From contig OZ024746.1 of assembly GCA_964016885.1 (NCBI GenBank), positions 31,248,001-31,312,000 of the forward strand: a DNA stretch of 64,000 bases. Reading direction: 5' to 3'. The DNA comes from Eledone cirrhosa. Its lineage: Eukaryota. This document shows, in pieces, positions 35,098 through 48,600 of the stretch; the first letter of the stretch is position 1; every line of letters starts with the position of its first letter. Position numbers and translations under genes: made by a program. The notes under the pieces were generated by a model, which had not been told where the DNA came from, searched no databases, and saw only the letters and a program-made list of their open reading frames with translations.

Positions 35098-35407
35098 AAA
35101 AAAGAGAAATAGGACGAAGGTAAACAGTTACAAAAGGATTTAATCCACGTATTAACAATTGTTTCATCAGAATTTCAGTCCATTATTGCTACACTATGTG
35201 ATAATAGGCAATCAAGAAAGATACTGTAGCATCCGAATTTTCAAAATACAAGTTTGTATTTTGAAAATTCGGATGCTACAGTATCTTTCTTGATTGCCTA
35301 TTATCACATAGTGTAGCAATAATGGACTGAAATTCTGATGAAACAATTGTTAATACGTGGATTAAATCCTTTTGTAACTGTTTACCTTCGTCCTATTTCT
35401 CTTTTTT
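35098..35407. repeat. Perfect palindrome, 154-bp arms (35098-35251, 35254-35407), 2-nt spacer, within a TA-flanked 34968-35407 insert
   Basis: Arms are identical reverse complements when read base by base. Confidence 0.96.
35255..35357 (+). ncRNA. Candidate hammerhead ribozyme, U3-A8 core, long stem II (mirror copy 35148-35250 on -)
   Basis: TGTATT-[TTGAAAA]-tTCGGA..CAGT..ATTGC.CTAT-loop-ATAG..GCAAT..ACTG..TCTGAt-[GAAA]-CAATTG-TT-AATACG; GUU triplet. Confidence 0.62.
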
Positions 35408-35421
35408 GATATATATATATA

Positions 35422-35588
35422 TGGACGTTTAACATCCATTTTTCCGCTAGCATGGGTTAGACGAGTTGTCCCATTGTGTGACAGCGAAATCAGATGACCA
35501 TGTCTTGTTCATACAGGACTGGTTTTGGCATGGTTTCTAAGACTGGATGCCCGTCCTAACGCTAACCATATTTACAGTGTGTACTGGA
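35422..35588 (-). mobile_element. RTE-tailed SINE fragment
   Basis: TTTAACATCCATTTTTCC..GCATGGGTTAGAC...CTGGATGCCC.TCCTAAC matches copies at 51450, 56900 and 59970. Confidence 0.7.
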
Positions 35589-35799
35589 GGCTGGGGTGGG
35601 GGAGGTGGATAGGGATAGGAGAGGTAGATCTAGGGTGAGCGTCTTATCTGGTGAGGGGTGGTGTAGGGACGTGGGTGACGTGTGTAACGTTAGAATGTTT
35701 GTGGACAAAGGAGGAGGAAAGCAGTGCATACTAGATGTATGCTTCAACACGTGAACATGTGAAGGCGGGTCTTCCGTATTACTGCATAACACCAGAGAT

Positions 35800-36990
35800 C
35801 TTGATCCTATGTCATCACCTTTGAGAGTTGCAATTGTACGAGATCAGTTACCACCTCATCCCAAATCTTCCTTGGTTTCCTACTCCATAGCTTCCACCAA
35901 CCTTGAGCCCACTGCACCTATTTATACAGCTGTCAACCTTCATATGCACCATATGTCCGTACCACTGCAATATCCTCTCCTGTACACTGCATCTGAATCC
36001 TTTTATGCCCAGTTTCTCTCCCAGGTTATTTATGTTTTGCCGTTCATGTATATTACTATTATACATCCAATGGAGCATGCAGGCTTCCCTTCTTCCAATC
36101 TACACAGGTCCACTGCTCACATAGCCCATGTCTCACAACCATGCAGCATTGCAGCACGTATACATGCCTCATACAATTTGCCTTTCATTTTAAAAGGAAA
36201 ACCTTTTGTAGCTAGCAGTGATATTAACTCCCTGAACTTTTTCATCCCATTTTTACTCTGGCTACTGTACTTTCGGAACACCCACCTCCACTGCTAAATT
36301 GGTCACCCAGGTAACAGAAGCTGTCAATTGCTTCTATAGTACGATCTAAGAGCTTGTTTCCTGTGAGCGTTTGCTGCTTATTGCTCCTGTGCAACACCCA
36401 CATGTAAAACCTATTCTTTGCTAGCCTACCTGAGATCCTACTACATCTCTTGTGTACCCATAGTTTGCATTTGAAATAGAGAATGGAATTTCTACTAACC
36501 TCTTTCCTACACACTGAGCAGGGCCATTTCCCAAAGGGGATGAAGGCTTTGGTTTCCTTTCTACTTACTAGAATGTTGGTCTTTGTCAAGTTGACTTTAA
36601 GACCTTTTGATTTCAGATTATGCGTCCAGGTCAGGAATGTTTTCTTTAGTTCTGCCATAGATTCAGCTATGAGTGTTAGATCATCAGCATACAGGGCATT
36701 CGGTTTTAGACTCTTCTGATATAGTCTGGAGGGCGATAATAAACAGTAGAGGGCTAAGGAGAGACCCCTGGTGGATCCAACTTGCATGCTAAACTCGTCA
36801 CTATAATCATTATTAATTTTAATTTTGTTGACTACACCTCTGTACGTGGCTTGTAAGCTTGTACTACGCTTACAAGCCACTCGTCCATCCTAGTGACCTA
36901 AGTGCCTTGTCAAGAGCTTTCTCCAAGTCAACAAATGCTACGTAGGGGTGTTTACTTTTGCTAGATACTTTTCCTGCAGTAGCCTCACTA
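35800..36990 (-). pseudogene. Decayed RTE-clade LINE ORF (RT C-half, Cys-rich insert)
   Basis: LYADDL, KGLKVNLTKT, WPCSVCRK..CKLWVHKRCS, FCYLGD, RILQWYGHMVHM; frameshifts and stops. Confidence 0.88.
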
Positions 36991-37062
36991 GGAAGAAAGC
37001 ATCCGTGTTATATATATATATGAAAAGATTCAGGACCCTATCTGATATGCGTGTGTGCGTGT

Positions 37063-37097
<35 letters not shown>

Positions 37098-37461
37098 CGT
37101 GCGTGCGCGTGCGTGCGTGCGCGTGCGTGCGTGCGCGCGGATAATGGACCTTCAACAAGGTTTTTATTTTATTTTGTTTTGTTTTATTTTTTTATGTAGA
37201 AACATGTGTCAGAAGAATAAAATTATTTGATTTTTTATCTTTGCTATTTTTATACATAGAATACATACATATACTTATATGTATATATATACACAGAGAC
37301 ACACACACAATCAAATAGACACACACAACCTATTATCGCCACTGTTGGTGTGTTTATTTTGGATGTTATTTTTGTTTATAGTTTGTGTCAAAATATGTTT
37401 TGTTTGTAGTTTCGACAGAAACTACAATACAGGCATCAACAAATATAGTCTTCCTCTCCAT

Positions 37462-39760
37462 GACACCACTACACCATTATCACCACCACTATACCATCAC
37501 CACTACACCATCACCACCACTACACCATCACCACCACTACACCATCACTGCTACCATCACCATTGCACCACCACCAACACCGCTATACCACCACCACTAT
37601 ACCATCACCACCACCACTATACCATCACCACTACACCATCACCACAACTATACCATCACTGCTACCATCACCATTGCACCACCACCAACACCGCTATACC
37701 ACCACCACTATACCATCACCACCACCACTATACCATCACCACTACACCATCACCACAACTATACCATCACTTCTACCATCACCATTGCACCACCACCAAC
37801 ACCGCTATACCACCACCACTATACCATCACCACCACCACTACACCATCACCACCACTGCTACCATCACCAACACACCACCACCAATACCGCTATACCACC
37901 ACCACCACCACCACTATACCATCACCACTACACCATCACCACAACTATACCATCACTTCTACCATCACCATTGCACCACCACCAACACCGCTATACCACC
38001 ACCACTATACCATCACCACCACCACTATACCATCACCACTACACCATCACCACAACTATACCATCACTGCTACCATCACCATTGCACCACCACCAACACT
38101 GCTATACCACCACCACTATACCATCATCACCACCACTACACCATCACCACCACTGCTACCATCACCAACACACCACCACCAATACCACTATACCACCACC
38201 GCCACCACCACTACACCATCACCACCACTGCTACCATCACCAACACACCACCACCAACACCGCTATACCACCACCACTATACCATCACCACTATACCATC
38301 ACCACCACTATACCATCACTGCTACCATCACCATTGCACCACCACCACTATACCATCACCACCGCCACTACACCATCACCACTATACTATCACTGCTACC
38401 GTCACCACCACTGTACCACCACCAACACTGCTATACCACCACCACAACTATACCATCACCACTACAATACTACCATTCCCATCACCAGCAGCACCACAAC
38501 AATAACAACAATACCACCACCACTGACATCCTCAACAACACTATCACAACCACCACCAACAACAACAACAACACCACTAACACCTCCACTACCACCACCA
38601 ACAACATCAACAACAGCACCAACAACACCACCAACACCGCCACCATTAACACCACCAACAACACCATTAACACCACCAACAACAACACCATTAACACCAC
38701 CAACACCACCACCATTAACACCACCACCATTAACACCACCACCATTAACACCACCAACAACAACACCATTAACACCACCAACACCACCACCATTAACACC
38801 ACCACCATTAACACCACCAACACCACCACCATTAACACCACCACCATTAACACCACCACCATTAACACCACCAACAACAACACCATTAACACCACCAACA
38901 CCACCACCATTAACACCACCACCATTAACACCACCAACAACAACACCATTAACACCACCAACACCACCACCATTAACACCACCAACAACAACACCATTAA
39001 CACCACCAACAACAACACCATTAACACCACCAACACCACCACCATTAACACCACCACCATTAACACCACCAACAACAACACCATTAACACCACCAACACC
39101 ACCACCATTAACACCACCACCATTAACACCACCAACACCACCACCATTAACACCACCAACACCACCAACACCACCACCATTAACACCACCACCACCAACA
39201 CCACCACCATTAACACCACCACCATTAACACCACCAACACCAACACCATTAACACCACCAACAACAACACCATTAACACCACCACCATTAACACCACCAC
39301 CATTAACACCACCAACAACAACACCATTAACACCACCAACACCACCACCATTAACACCACCAACACCACCACCATTAACACCACCAACACCACCACCATT
39401 AACACCACCACCACCAACAACACCATTAACACCATCACCACCAACACCACCACCATTAACACCACCAACACCACCACCATTAACACCACCAACATCAACA
39501 ACACCATTAACACCACCAACATCAACAACAGCACCAACAACAACAACACCAACTACAACACCAGTTAGACCACCACCAACAACACCATTAACACCACCAA
39601 CCCCCACCATCATTACTACCACAACCACCAACAACACCACCACCAATAACACCGCCACCACCAATACCAACAACAACATCAACACCATTATCACCAGCAG
39701 CACTACCGCCACCACCGCCACCATTAACATCAGTAGCAACAACAACAACAACAACATACA
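37462..39760. repeat. ACC/AAC trinucleotide-derived minisatellites (CACTATACCATCAC block, then CATTAACAC-punctuated block)
   Basis: Seen directly; the His/Thr/Pro ORFs in all frames are a by-product. Confidence 0.93.
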
Positions 39761-40229
39761 ATACTGTATAAGGTAGAAGGTTAAATATATTGATATTTAA
39801 CAGCTGAGCTCTTGGTGAAATAAAAATATATTTTGATAAATAAACATGTTTGAACGTTTTAATCAAGTTAGATGTCAACTAAACTGTGTTTGTGTGTGTG
39901 TCAGTATATCTTGTGTATTGTGTATGTGTGAGTGAATATATGTGTGAGTATGTGAGTATGTGTGAATGTATGTATGCGTATGTGTGTGTGTGTTGTATGT
40001 GTATGTATGTTTGTGATCCCATAATGTAAAATATAACAACCCCACCCACCCTATATATATATGTGTGTTTTAGCTATGTGTGGTCTCATAAATATCTCTT
40101 TGTTTTGATAATTTCATATATAAACATTATTTTGAAAAATCCCATGAACTCGCGTGCACACACATATATATATATACACAGAAGAAAACTTGTGATGTGG
40201 TTGTGTTGACAAAGCTAGATTGATCGTGT

Positions 40230-40293
<64 letters not shown>

Positions 40294-41734
40294 GAGAGAG
40301 AGAGAGAAAGGGAGAGAGAGAGATGGGGGGCGGTAGAGAGACGCATATGAAAGCATATATAATATATTTATGTAAAATGTACATACATAAGTTTGCTGTG
40401 GGTATTTTAAGCCGTTTAAACCGTGATCATGTCACAGCCATCTCAGTGGTCGTATGAGAGCGTCAAACATCAGTTTCAGGATCTTTATCTGTTTTCAGTA
40501 ACGTTAACCGATGCAAGAAAACCAAAGCTTCTTATATACAGAATTTTACAAATAATACATGCTTAGCGTTATTCATTTACATGTAGTGTGAGTTAGACGG
40601 GCTTTTAACAGTATGACTAACATAACATGATTTATAACAGAAGCGTAAATGAAAACATATACAATATGTTTATATATAATAAACATATATGACTTGTTGG
40701 ACAGCTTATATGTTAGATATAACCAGCAGTCATGATGGCGAAGGTATCGTCGCAGAGAAGAACTAGCAATACCTGTTGGCATCAACTATTTCACTTCACC
40801 TATAAGGCTATCTTATCTCAGATATAATATGATTGGTTCACGTGACGGGCGTCTCTCTGTCGGTTCTACAACCCATCCACCTCCTCCGTTCGAAAAAAGG
40901 GAACTGTGCCCTCCGTACTCAAATCTAAAGATTCAACAACCCATCAACCCCGCCTCTCTGGAAAAACATGAACTGAGCCTTTCATTCTCTTGTAATGAAA
41001 GTTAAAGACAAGTTTGCTGAATTAATTATTTATGGATAAGCTGCATTATATTTGCTGTATGTTGTTACCAGTAAATTGTAAATAACAGTTTAAATGTGCC
41101 TCTCAACTAAAACAAGAAATTTGTTCAATTAGCTGTCTTCTGGACAGCAGAAAGATAGCTACCATATTTGCTGGCCTATTGGATATCCCTTCGTACAAGA
41201 CACCCCTTAGTTTTACAAGGACATTTTGAGAAGAAAAAAAAGAATTTTAGTACGTTTCTTCATTAATTTATTTTAAATTATTTCATTGTTTTTTCATTGT
41301 ACAACACCAGTCCATTTACTAAGTCCACAATAGCTAAAATGAAATCTACTGTTATTAATACATGAAGACAAAGAAAATTGCAGTATATCAGCAAAAAGAT
41401 ACACAGTGTGAATAGCGACTGGTGTTTGGATTCTTTATTAAATTTGCCTGGCCGTTAAGGAACATCCATCATCCTTATTGATGTGTTAAAGTTCGCACAG
41501 TTGTTAGAGTAAGGTAAATAATGTAAAGAATGTACCAATATCTTGGTACATTGTCAGTTTACAGCCTAAAGCCTAGCCATTACTTTACGTCTTCAGAAAC
41601 TCTTATATAAGTTCGACATCATATTATATAAATTGTATTGTATTTATTGTATTAGTAATGCTAATAGTAAAACAAACTATTTTTTTTTTTTTTAACAATG
41701 GTGATCTTCACCCTCCGTTCGGCCTTCCATCAGT

Positions 41735-42230
41735 GATATGGGCGTATTGGAGCATTCAGTAATCAGGATAAGTGAGGTAGGCGTCAAAGCCAAATTCGCT
41801 ATCTTCAATTCGGTTTTCGTACCAACCCTTACCTATGGTCATGAATCTTGGGTAATGACCGAAAGAATACGATAACAAATATAAGTGGCTGAAATAGGGG
41901 ATCCTCCGAAAGGTTTTTGGAGTAACGTTACTCTATAAAGTGCGTAACTCGAGATCAGGGAGTTACTCCGGGTAGAGCCGCTACTTCTCCGAATTGAGAG
42001 ATCACAGCTCCGAAACTATGGGCATGTGGTTAGAATGTCTCAGAAAAGAATCGCTGGACAGATTTCACGGGTAAAACCATACGGCAAGAGACCCAGGAGT
42101 AGACCCCGAACAAGATGGTTGGATAACATCCTCGAGCTTGGCTGGTCACGCTTGGGAATCAAGCCAGATCGGTTAGATACGGTAGCTTCTGACAGGAGCC
42201 GCTGGAAGGTGCGTTTCAAGGGCATGCCCC
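41735..42230 (+). pseudogene. RTE-clade LINE 3' coding remnant
   Basis: IFNSVFVPTLTYGHESWVMT, YGHVVRM, GKRPRSRPRTRWLDNI. Confidence 0.85.
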
Positions 42231-42490
42231 TCCCCCTCCCAAATAATTATATTGTATATATGTTGTATATTTGATATAGAGAGGTGGGGGAGATTGATGT
42301 TTATTGATATAGAGAGGGGTATTGGAAGAGAGTTCCGTGAAATAGATATAGAGAGGGGGAGAGTTTGGTGCTAATTGATATAGAGAGAGGGAATGGAAGA
42401 AAGTACCGTGTAATAGATATAGAGAGGGGGAGAGTTTGGTGTTAATTGATATCAATTCTGGATAATCCAGCCGGCTCCAGAACTAAGGGC

Positions 42491-42521
<31 letters not shown>

Positions 42522-42962
42522 TGTGTGAGAGAGAGAGACCATCATTCGTTATTAAATATCACCTCCAATTACCTAAACACCAATAAACCTGTATATCAAC
42601 TACGAAAATAAAGACAAGTGACTTCCGGTACGTCTACCTTAGACGAAGGATCATTAAAATGTGTTGCAAAAGAACTCTCTTTTGAACAGCTCTCTCTTTT
42701 TTTTTTTTTTAGACTTCAATTTAATATATGACAGATTAGATTATATTGCTTTACTGCCTGACTGTTTATAGAAACCACACTACTAAAATTGTAAACGTTG
42801 AGAAGTTAATCCAGCTGAATATAAGACAGGGGTCTGTCTGAAACTCAAGGCCTCTAAATGGCCAATGCATCGTAAGTCAAAATTGAGACGAGGAAGGGCG
42901 ATATTTCCAGTTTTAATGCTAATCTGCAATACAGCTGATAAGCTTTTTATTTATTTTTTTCC

Positions 42963-43557
42963 TCAAAATGATAATACACATGATAGTGAGTGATATATAT
43001 GAATTACTACATCAAAATGATATTACACATGATAGTGAGTGAGATATATGAATTACTACATCAAAATGATATTACACATGATAGTGAGTGAGATATATGA
43101 ATTACTACATCAAAATGATATTACACATGATTGTGAGTGAGATATATGAATTACTACATCAAAATGATAATACACATGATAGTGAGTGATATATATGAAT
43201 TACTACATCAAAATGATATTACACATGATAGTGAGTGAGATATATGAAATTACTACATCAAAATGATATTACACATGATTGTGAGTGAGATATATGAAAT
43301 TACTACATCAAAATGATATTACACATGATTGTGAGTGAGATATATGAAATTACTACATCAAAATGATATTACACATGATTGTGAGTGAGATATATGAATT
43401 ACTACATCAAAATGATATTACACATGATAGGGAGTGAGATATATGAATTACTACATCAAAATGATATTACACATGATTGTGAGTGAGATATATGAATTAC
43501 TACATCAAAATGATATTACACATGATTGTGAGTGAGATATATGAATTACTACAAAAT
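42963..43557. repeat. 49-bp tandem satellite, ~12 copies
   Basis: CATCAAAATGATATTACACATGATAGTGAGTGAGATATATGAATTACTA; period 49 (some 50). Confidence 0.95.
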
Positions 43558-43914
43558 GTAAGTGGACAAAATTTCCTTAATTTTGTTTTTACTTTTGATT
43601 TTCTATTTGTGTATGTTGTCTGTCATCTCAGGTACACCTGCCCCATGCCAGTTGACAAATCTACTCCTTCTCACGTTCTGAAACAAAACAAATTTCCTCA
43701 TGCTATGTTGTGTGAATTAGTTTTCTATAATCTCAGTCATACCTCCACCACAATAGGTCTTTGAAACAAGCCGATCTAGATTTCATTAACGTTCTTATAA
43801 AAATGGATATATATTTCTACTTTTCTGTTTTGATCTTTAAGTGAAAGAAACTGGAGAAAAACATGGTCAAACCCTGGCTGAACTTAAAATTGATTGTCTG
43901 TTTGTATTAGATTG

Positions 43915-44290
43915 GTAGGTCAAGCTCAATACATCTCCCTCGTTACTCACGACACACAGAACCATTGCAGTTGCTGGAAACGTTTTGTGTATGACCGTTG
44001 AAAGGTCTTTGGTGTTTCTGCATAAACATGTCATTCTTTCGGTTAACTTTTTGTTCTTGGTCAAAGTTTTTCTCATAAAAACAACAACATAGCATTCGAG
44101 GTTCTTAATGTTTTAACTTGCTCAACAAACGTTTTGCGGGGTTCAGACGGTTATTTTTTGTTTTTGCAAATATGACTTGGCCTCTCCGTATCGCATATTA
44201 CCTGTATCGAAGATCCTCATGCACAATTCTTCCGCTAGTGTACCTTAAAATCTTGAGCCCTTAGTAATGGCGCTAATTGACTTTCTGGGG
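43915..44290 (-). pseudogene. Tc1/mariner-superfamily (maT/DD37D-like) transposase remnant
   Basis: Minus-strand fragments EKNFDQEQKVNRKND and KTFPATAMVLCVVSNEG. Confidence 0.6.
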
Positions 44291-45732
44291 TTCTTATCGA
44301 TAATCTTCTGTACTTTTCATACAAATGCGGGTGTTCTGGTGGTTTAGGACCCTTAGTAGGCGTTTTACACTTGGTTACTACTGTAGAACCCCGTCAGGGT
44401 TTCCAGCTCTTTGTGAACTTTGACAGCAAACTACCGTGCAACTTTCATTATCTTTCTATTTCATCTTATATTTCTCATTCTTTCTTCTGATAAAATACTA
44501 GTGTCCGAAACATTATGACTCTTTTCCTATTATTTCAAGCGTTAAATTAATATAGTTCTTCATTGTACTGTCGTTTGCTTTTTTTTATTTCTGTTTACTT
44601 TTTACATACATACATGTGTGTGTATGCCCGCGCATACACACACACACACACAAACACACACATCAATCAAAATGGGTGGTATTTCGTTTTAAGTCTCTTT
44701 AAAGTATCCCAGAAATCCGACATTCTCGGTACATATCGAACCGCAAATAACGTCGTTCTCAACAGAAACATGTCCATCTGCTTTTTATAAAAATCTATTA
44801 GCCATAATTATACAACTTAATTTAATTTTACATTCATTTAAATCAATTACAATCATTTCTTTTTCATTATTCCCAAAATATAATTTAATTTTATATTCAT
44901 TAAAATCAATTAGAATCAGTTTTTTCCATGTTGTACTTAACTATGGAATACAACCCAACACGGACCTTTTAACAGCATTGAGTGTTTCGAACGGCGCGCC
45001 ACGTGTAACGACAGGAACTTAACTTCAAAAAGTTGTATATGTGGTGTGGTAAATAAATATACATATATATCAGGTCCGAGCACAATGGAACCAAACTCCC
45101 ACTGCCTCTGTCTCTCCCCCATCTCTTATTATTATAAGCAAATGGGGACCCACGCGCTGGATGCTCCGCGGCCCCGGCTGACAGAATAGAGGAGGCGTTT
45201 CCCCGGAGGATGCTGGAAGAGCCATTCCAGCTTGCGAGGCTCACACTTGCTGGTAGCCAACTCTGTGCAGATAGTGGTGAGTAGGGAGGTGGTCCTAGGG
45301 CCAAGGACACCGGAGAGCCACCGATATTTGGAGAGTTTACCTTCCTCGGCACTATAGTTACACACATAACTAACATTGTGTGTGTTTAACAGCCTACAAA
45401 ATATGAGATCAGACTTTTTCATAGTATTTATTGTTAGATTAAAGAGAAAAAAATCTTTGAAGACACTCGTGTGCTTTTCCACTTTTACTTTTTACCTATA
45501 ACCTTCGATTTGTAAGGAACTTTCCCCAATTTTTCAACTATATATATATATATCACATATGAAACGGAGAATCAGTGGTGCGACGCCCTTTCGGTATTCA
45601 CCTCCTGAGGTCCTCGGAAACAAAGAATGCGCTGAAATATGTGTCTATTACTGGGGTGTTCACAATTTATTCCTCTCAGAACTGTCGACTGTGAGAGGAG
45701 ATTGATTGAGTTACATGAACGTGGGGGATAGA

Positions 45733-45913
45733 AATAATTGTTTCTACTTTTGGCACAAGGCCAGCAATTATCCCAGTACATTACTGGTACTTTATTTTAT
45801 CGACCCCGTAAGGATGAAAGGCAAAGTTAACCTCGGCGGGATTTGAACTCAGACAGTAAAGGGGCGTAACTATGCTACAAAGTATGGTGTCCGACTCGAC
45901 CGATACTGCCAAT
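45733..45913 (-). mobile_element. MetaSINE-like tRNA SINE
   Basis: Closely similar to 50157-50339 in reverse (B box GAGTTCAAATCCC). Confidence 0.88.
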
Positions 45914-45919
45914 AATATT

Positions 45920-46290
45920 CAATCACTATTACCCCATCGAAATGTTGCCTCTCTTCGCCTTTTCTATAACTATGTTTTATGGAGATTGTTCTGGTGAGCT
46001 TTTCTCTTTGTTGTTTCATATTCACGAGTTTAAACGGAGCACCAGATTGACAGTTAAGTCTCATCACGTGAAATTCTTAAATGCAATTGCGAATTCTATT
46101 CTTCCCTCACCTGTGGAATTTTTCCCTGGCTTCTTGCTTTCCTGACCACTACAATTTACAAAAATTCAAAAGCAAAATCAATCACCATCTTCTTTCTCCT
46201 TGAATTATGTTCTCCCTGTCTTGTTCTTTTCCTTTCTCAGCAATCCCTCGCATTTCAGTGGCTTCATTGCTTGGGGCAAACAAACAAAAA
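45920..46290 (+). pseudogene. 3' end of a decayed non-LTR element (L2/CR1 group)
   Basis: Fragments YGDCSGELFSLL, RSTRLTVKSHH, FPDHYNLQKFKSKINHHL, followed by an A-rich tail. Confidence 0.6.
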
Positions 46291-46354
46291 ATAATAATTC
46301 TCATAGATTAGTTAAACTACACGCTCTGATATTCTAACTACAGACCAATCTCAT

Positions 46355-46578
46355 TAAACCCTTTTGGTAAGAAAACTGCACCTGATTCTATAATACAAAA
46401 CTGTTTATATTTATCTAAATACTTTACATCATAATTTAATGTAAGAACCTTTGTTATTCAAACTAATTTGATAATGAGAACGTGGTTAATATTACTAAAG
46501 CCCTCCAAATTGTTGATTATTTTCAAAATCATGGACGATGGTATTTTTCATGAGAAATATAGTAACGAAAGGGTTTAA
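46355..46578. mobile_element. piggyBac-type MITE
   Basis: TTAAACCCTTTT ... GAAAGGGTTTAA; homologous body. Confidence 0.78.
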
Positions 46579-46599
46579 CTGCAGAGAGTACCTTTAATT

Positions 46600-47560
46600 C
46601 AGTGGAGTACTCAACTATATATCATATCATGGCTACACTACCACAGTTCAACAGATATGTTAAACTATAGATGAGTGGAATACTCTTCCATATGTCATAT
46701 CATAGCTACATCACCACAGATCAACAGATATGTTAAACTACGCAGATATAGTGGAATACTGAGCCATATATTATATCATAACTACAGCACCACATATCAA
46801 CAGATATATTAAACTACACAGATGTAGTGGCATACTCAGCCATGTATCACATCATGACCACAGACCTGCCAACCTCTAAAAACCCAAACGAGGAGTACCA
46901 TGAAAAAAAAGTGCCCCAAAACGGGGAGAAATGAGGCAAAATGAGGAGATTTTACATAATGAAAGCTCTACCCATTTTCACAAAAGAAGACATCTCTCAC
47001 TTGACTCCAAAGTGAGTGGGAGTTGACATGTCTGTACAATACCACAGATCAACAGATGTGTTACAGATGTAATGAAATACTCAACTATATACCATATAAT
47101 ATAGCTACAGCACCTCAGATCAACAGATATGTTAAACTACACAGATGTAGTGGAATACTCAGCCATATACCATAGCTACAGCACCTCAGATCAACAGATA
47201 TGTTAAACTACACAGATGTAGTGGAATAATCAGCCATATATCATAGCTACATCACCTCAGATCAACAGATATGTTAAACTACACAGATGTAGTGGAATAC
47301 TCAGCCATATATCATAGCTACAGCACCTCAGATCAACAGATATGTTAAACTACACAGATGTAGTGGAATACTCAGTCATATATCATAGCTACAGCACCTC
47401 AGATCAACAGATATGTTAAACTACACAGATGTAGTGGAATACTCAGTCATATATCATAGCTACAGCACCTCAGATCAACAGATATGTTAAACTACACAGA
47501 TGTAGTGGAATACTCAGTCATATATAACATCATAACTACAATACCACAAATCAACAGATG
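46600..47560. repeat. 71-bp tandem satellite
   Basis: ATAGCTACAGCACCTCAGATCAACAGATATGTTAAACTACACAGATGTAGTGGAATACTCAGCCATATATC; starts at 47101, 47172, 47243, 47314, 47385. Confidence 0.95.
46861..47034. mobile_element. 174-bp MITE inserted in the 71-bp satellite
   Basis: TIRs CAGACCTGCCAAC / GTTGACATGTCTG; the flanks rejoin to a satellite unit with a probable 2-bp (TA) duplication. Confidence 0.75.
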
Positions 47561-47911
47561 ACACCAGTATAAAACCTACTCCCGATTACGGAATAGAAAT
47601 AAAACCTGACCTTTGAAGAAAACCTAACACATTTTATTCGTGTCATTTGGTAAATAAGTAATTTTAAATGTATAAATATATTGTTTTCTCTTTATACTGA
47701 CTCTTATTCTGTTTGGTTTTGGTACATTTAAAAAATAATCTAATTTTATTATCCTTAAATGTGTACCGCTTGAAAATAAACATATAATTTAATTTCAATA
47801 TCCTTAAATATATATATTTGTATTACAATTGGTAGAATACATGATTAATGTATTTTTCTTTACTTGATAATTATATTTTCTGACAATTCGTGACTGCAAT
47901 CGGGCATTGTG

Positions 47912-48212
47912 ATGGTGAGTAGCTTAGTGATAAGTGTTCGACTTACGATCGTAAAGTTGCGAGTTCGATTCCCGGTTGTGCGTTGTATCCTTGAGTAAGA
48001 CATTTTATTTCATGTTGCTCCAGTTCACTCAGCAAAAGTGAATAGTGCCTGTAATTCAAAGAGCCAGTCTTGTAACGCTGAATCTCCTTGAGATATACGT
48101 TAAAAGTACACGTGTCTGTGGAATGCTCAGTCACTTGCACATTCATTTCACTAGCAGGCTGTTCCACTGTTTGAACTAGCACATTCATCGTCAGAACCAA
48201 CGGAGATCCAAC
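47912..48212 (+). mobile_element. tRNA-derived SINE with CORE-like domain
   Basis: AGCTTAGTGATAAG (A box), GAGTTCGATTCCC (B box), TGTATCCTTGAGTAAGACATTTTATTTCA. Confidence 0.85.
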
Positions 48213-48462
48213 ACTGTGCACTACTTTCATTTATGATAAATAACAATTCTATGTTATAACTTGGTTAATTTCAGAATTGGGCAACTGACAACGACGTTTT
48301 TGAAATCGTTGATGGCTCATCTTTCCTGAACTATTAGCTGGTGCTCCTCGTCAGGGTGCTTGACTATTATTCTAGTGCCTTAGACTCGCTATCTCCTGCG
48401 ACAAAGCCGCCAGCAGTGTTGTTAATTTCAGAGAAGCAAGAAGAAATCAGATACCATCCATG

Positions 48463-48600
48463 AATGAGCTCGGCTGGTCCCGCTTGGGGATCCAGCTGGA
48501 TCAATTGAAGGCGGTTGTGTCTGACAGAACCTGATGGAAGTCGTGCTTGAGGACTCTGCCCATATGACCCTAACTAAGGAATAAGTGAGCGAAGAAAAAT
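48463..48600 (+). mobile_element. Short RTE 3' fragment
   Basis: GAGCTCGGCTGGTCCCGCTTGGG..TCTGACAG..TGGAAG aligns with 42134-42210. Confidence 0.7.

Noticed and set aside
37279-39776. His/Thr/Pro-rich mucin- or extensin-like ORFs
   Set aside because: Trinucleotide minisatellite open in several frames on both strands; no non-repetitive domain or splice evidence.
40461-40503. Minus-strand CTGAAAA-CAGATAAAGATCCT-GAAACTGA hammerhead-like string
   Set aside because: Core mismatch and no valid NUH triplet.
40760-40850. CCAAT box + CACGTGAC E-box as a promoter
   Set aside because: Adjacent sequence CTAGCAATACCTGTTG..CTTATCTCA recurs at ~61025, suggesting a dispersed repeat; no linked gene.
44480-44525. 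CTGATAA-AATACTAGTGTCC-GAAAC hammerhead-like string
   Set aside because: C3-A8 mismatch, damaged stem II and no closing stem I; at most a decayed PLE remnant.
47912-47975. tRNA gene
   Set aside because: A/B boxes run straight into a multi-copy SINE body; no acceptor stem or terminator.
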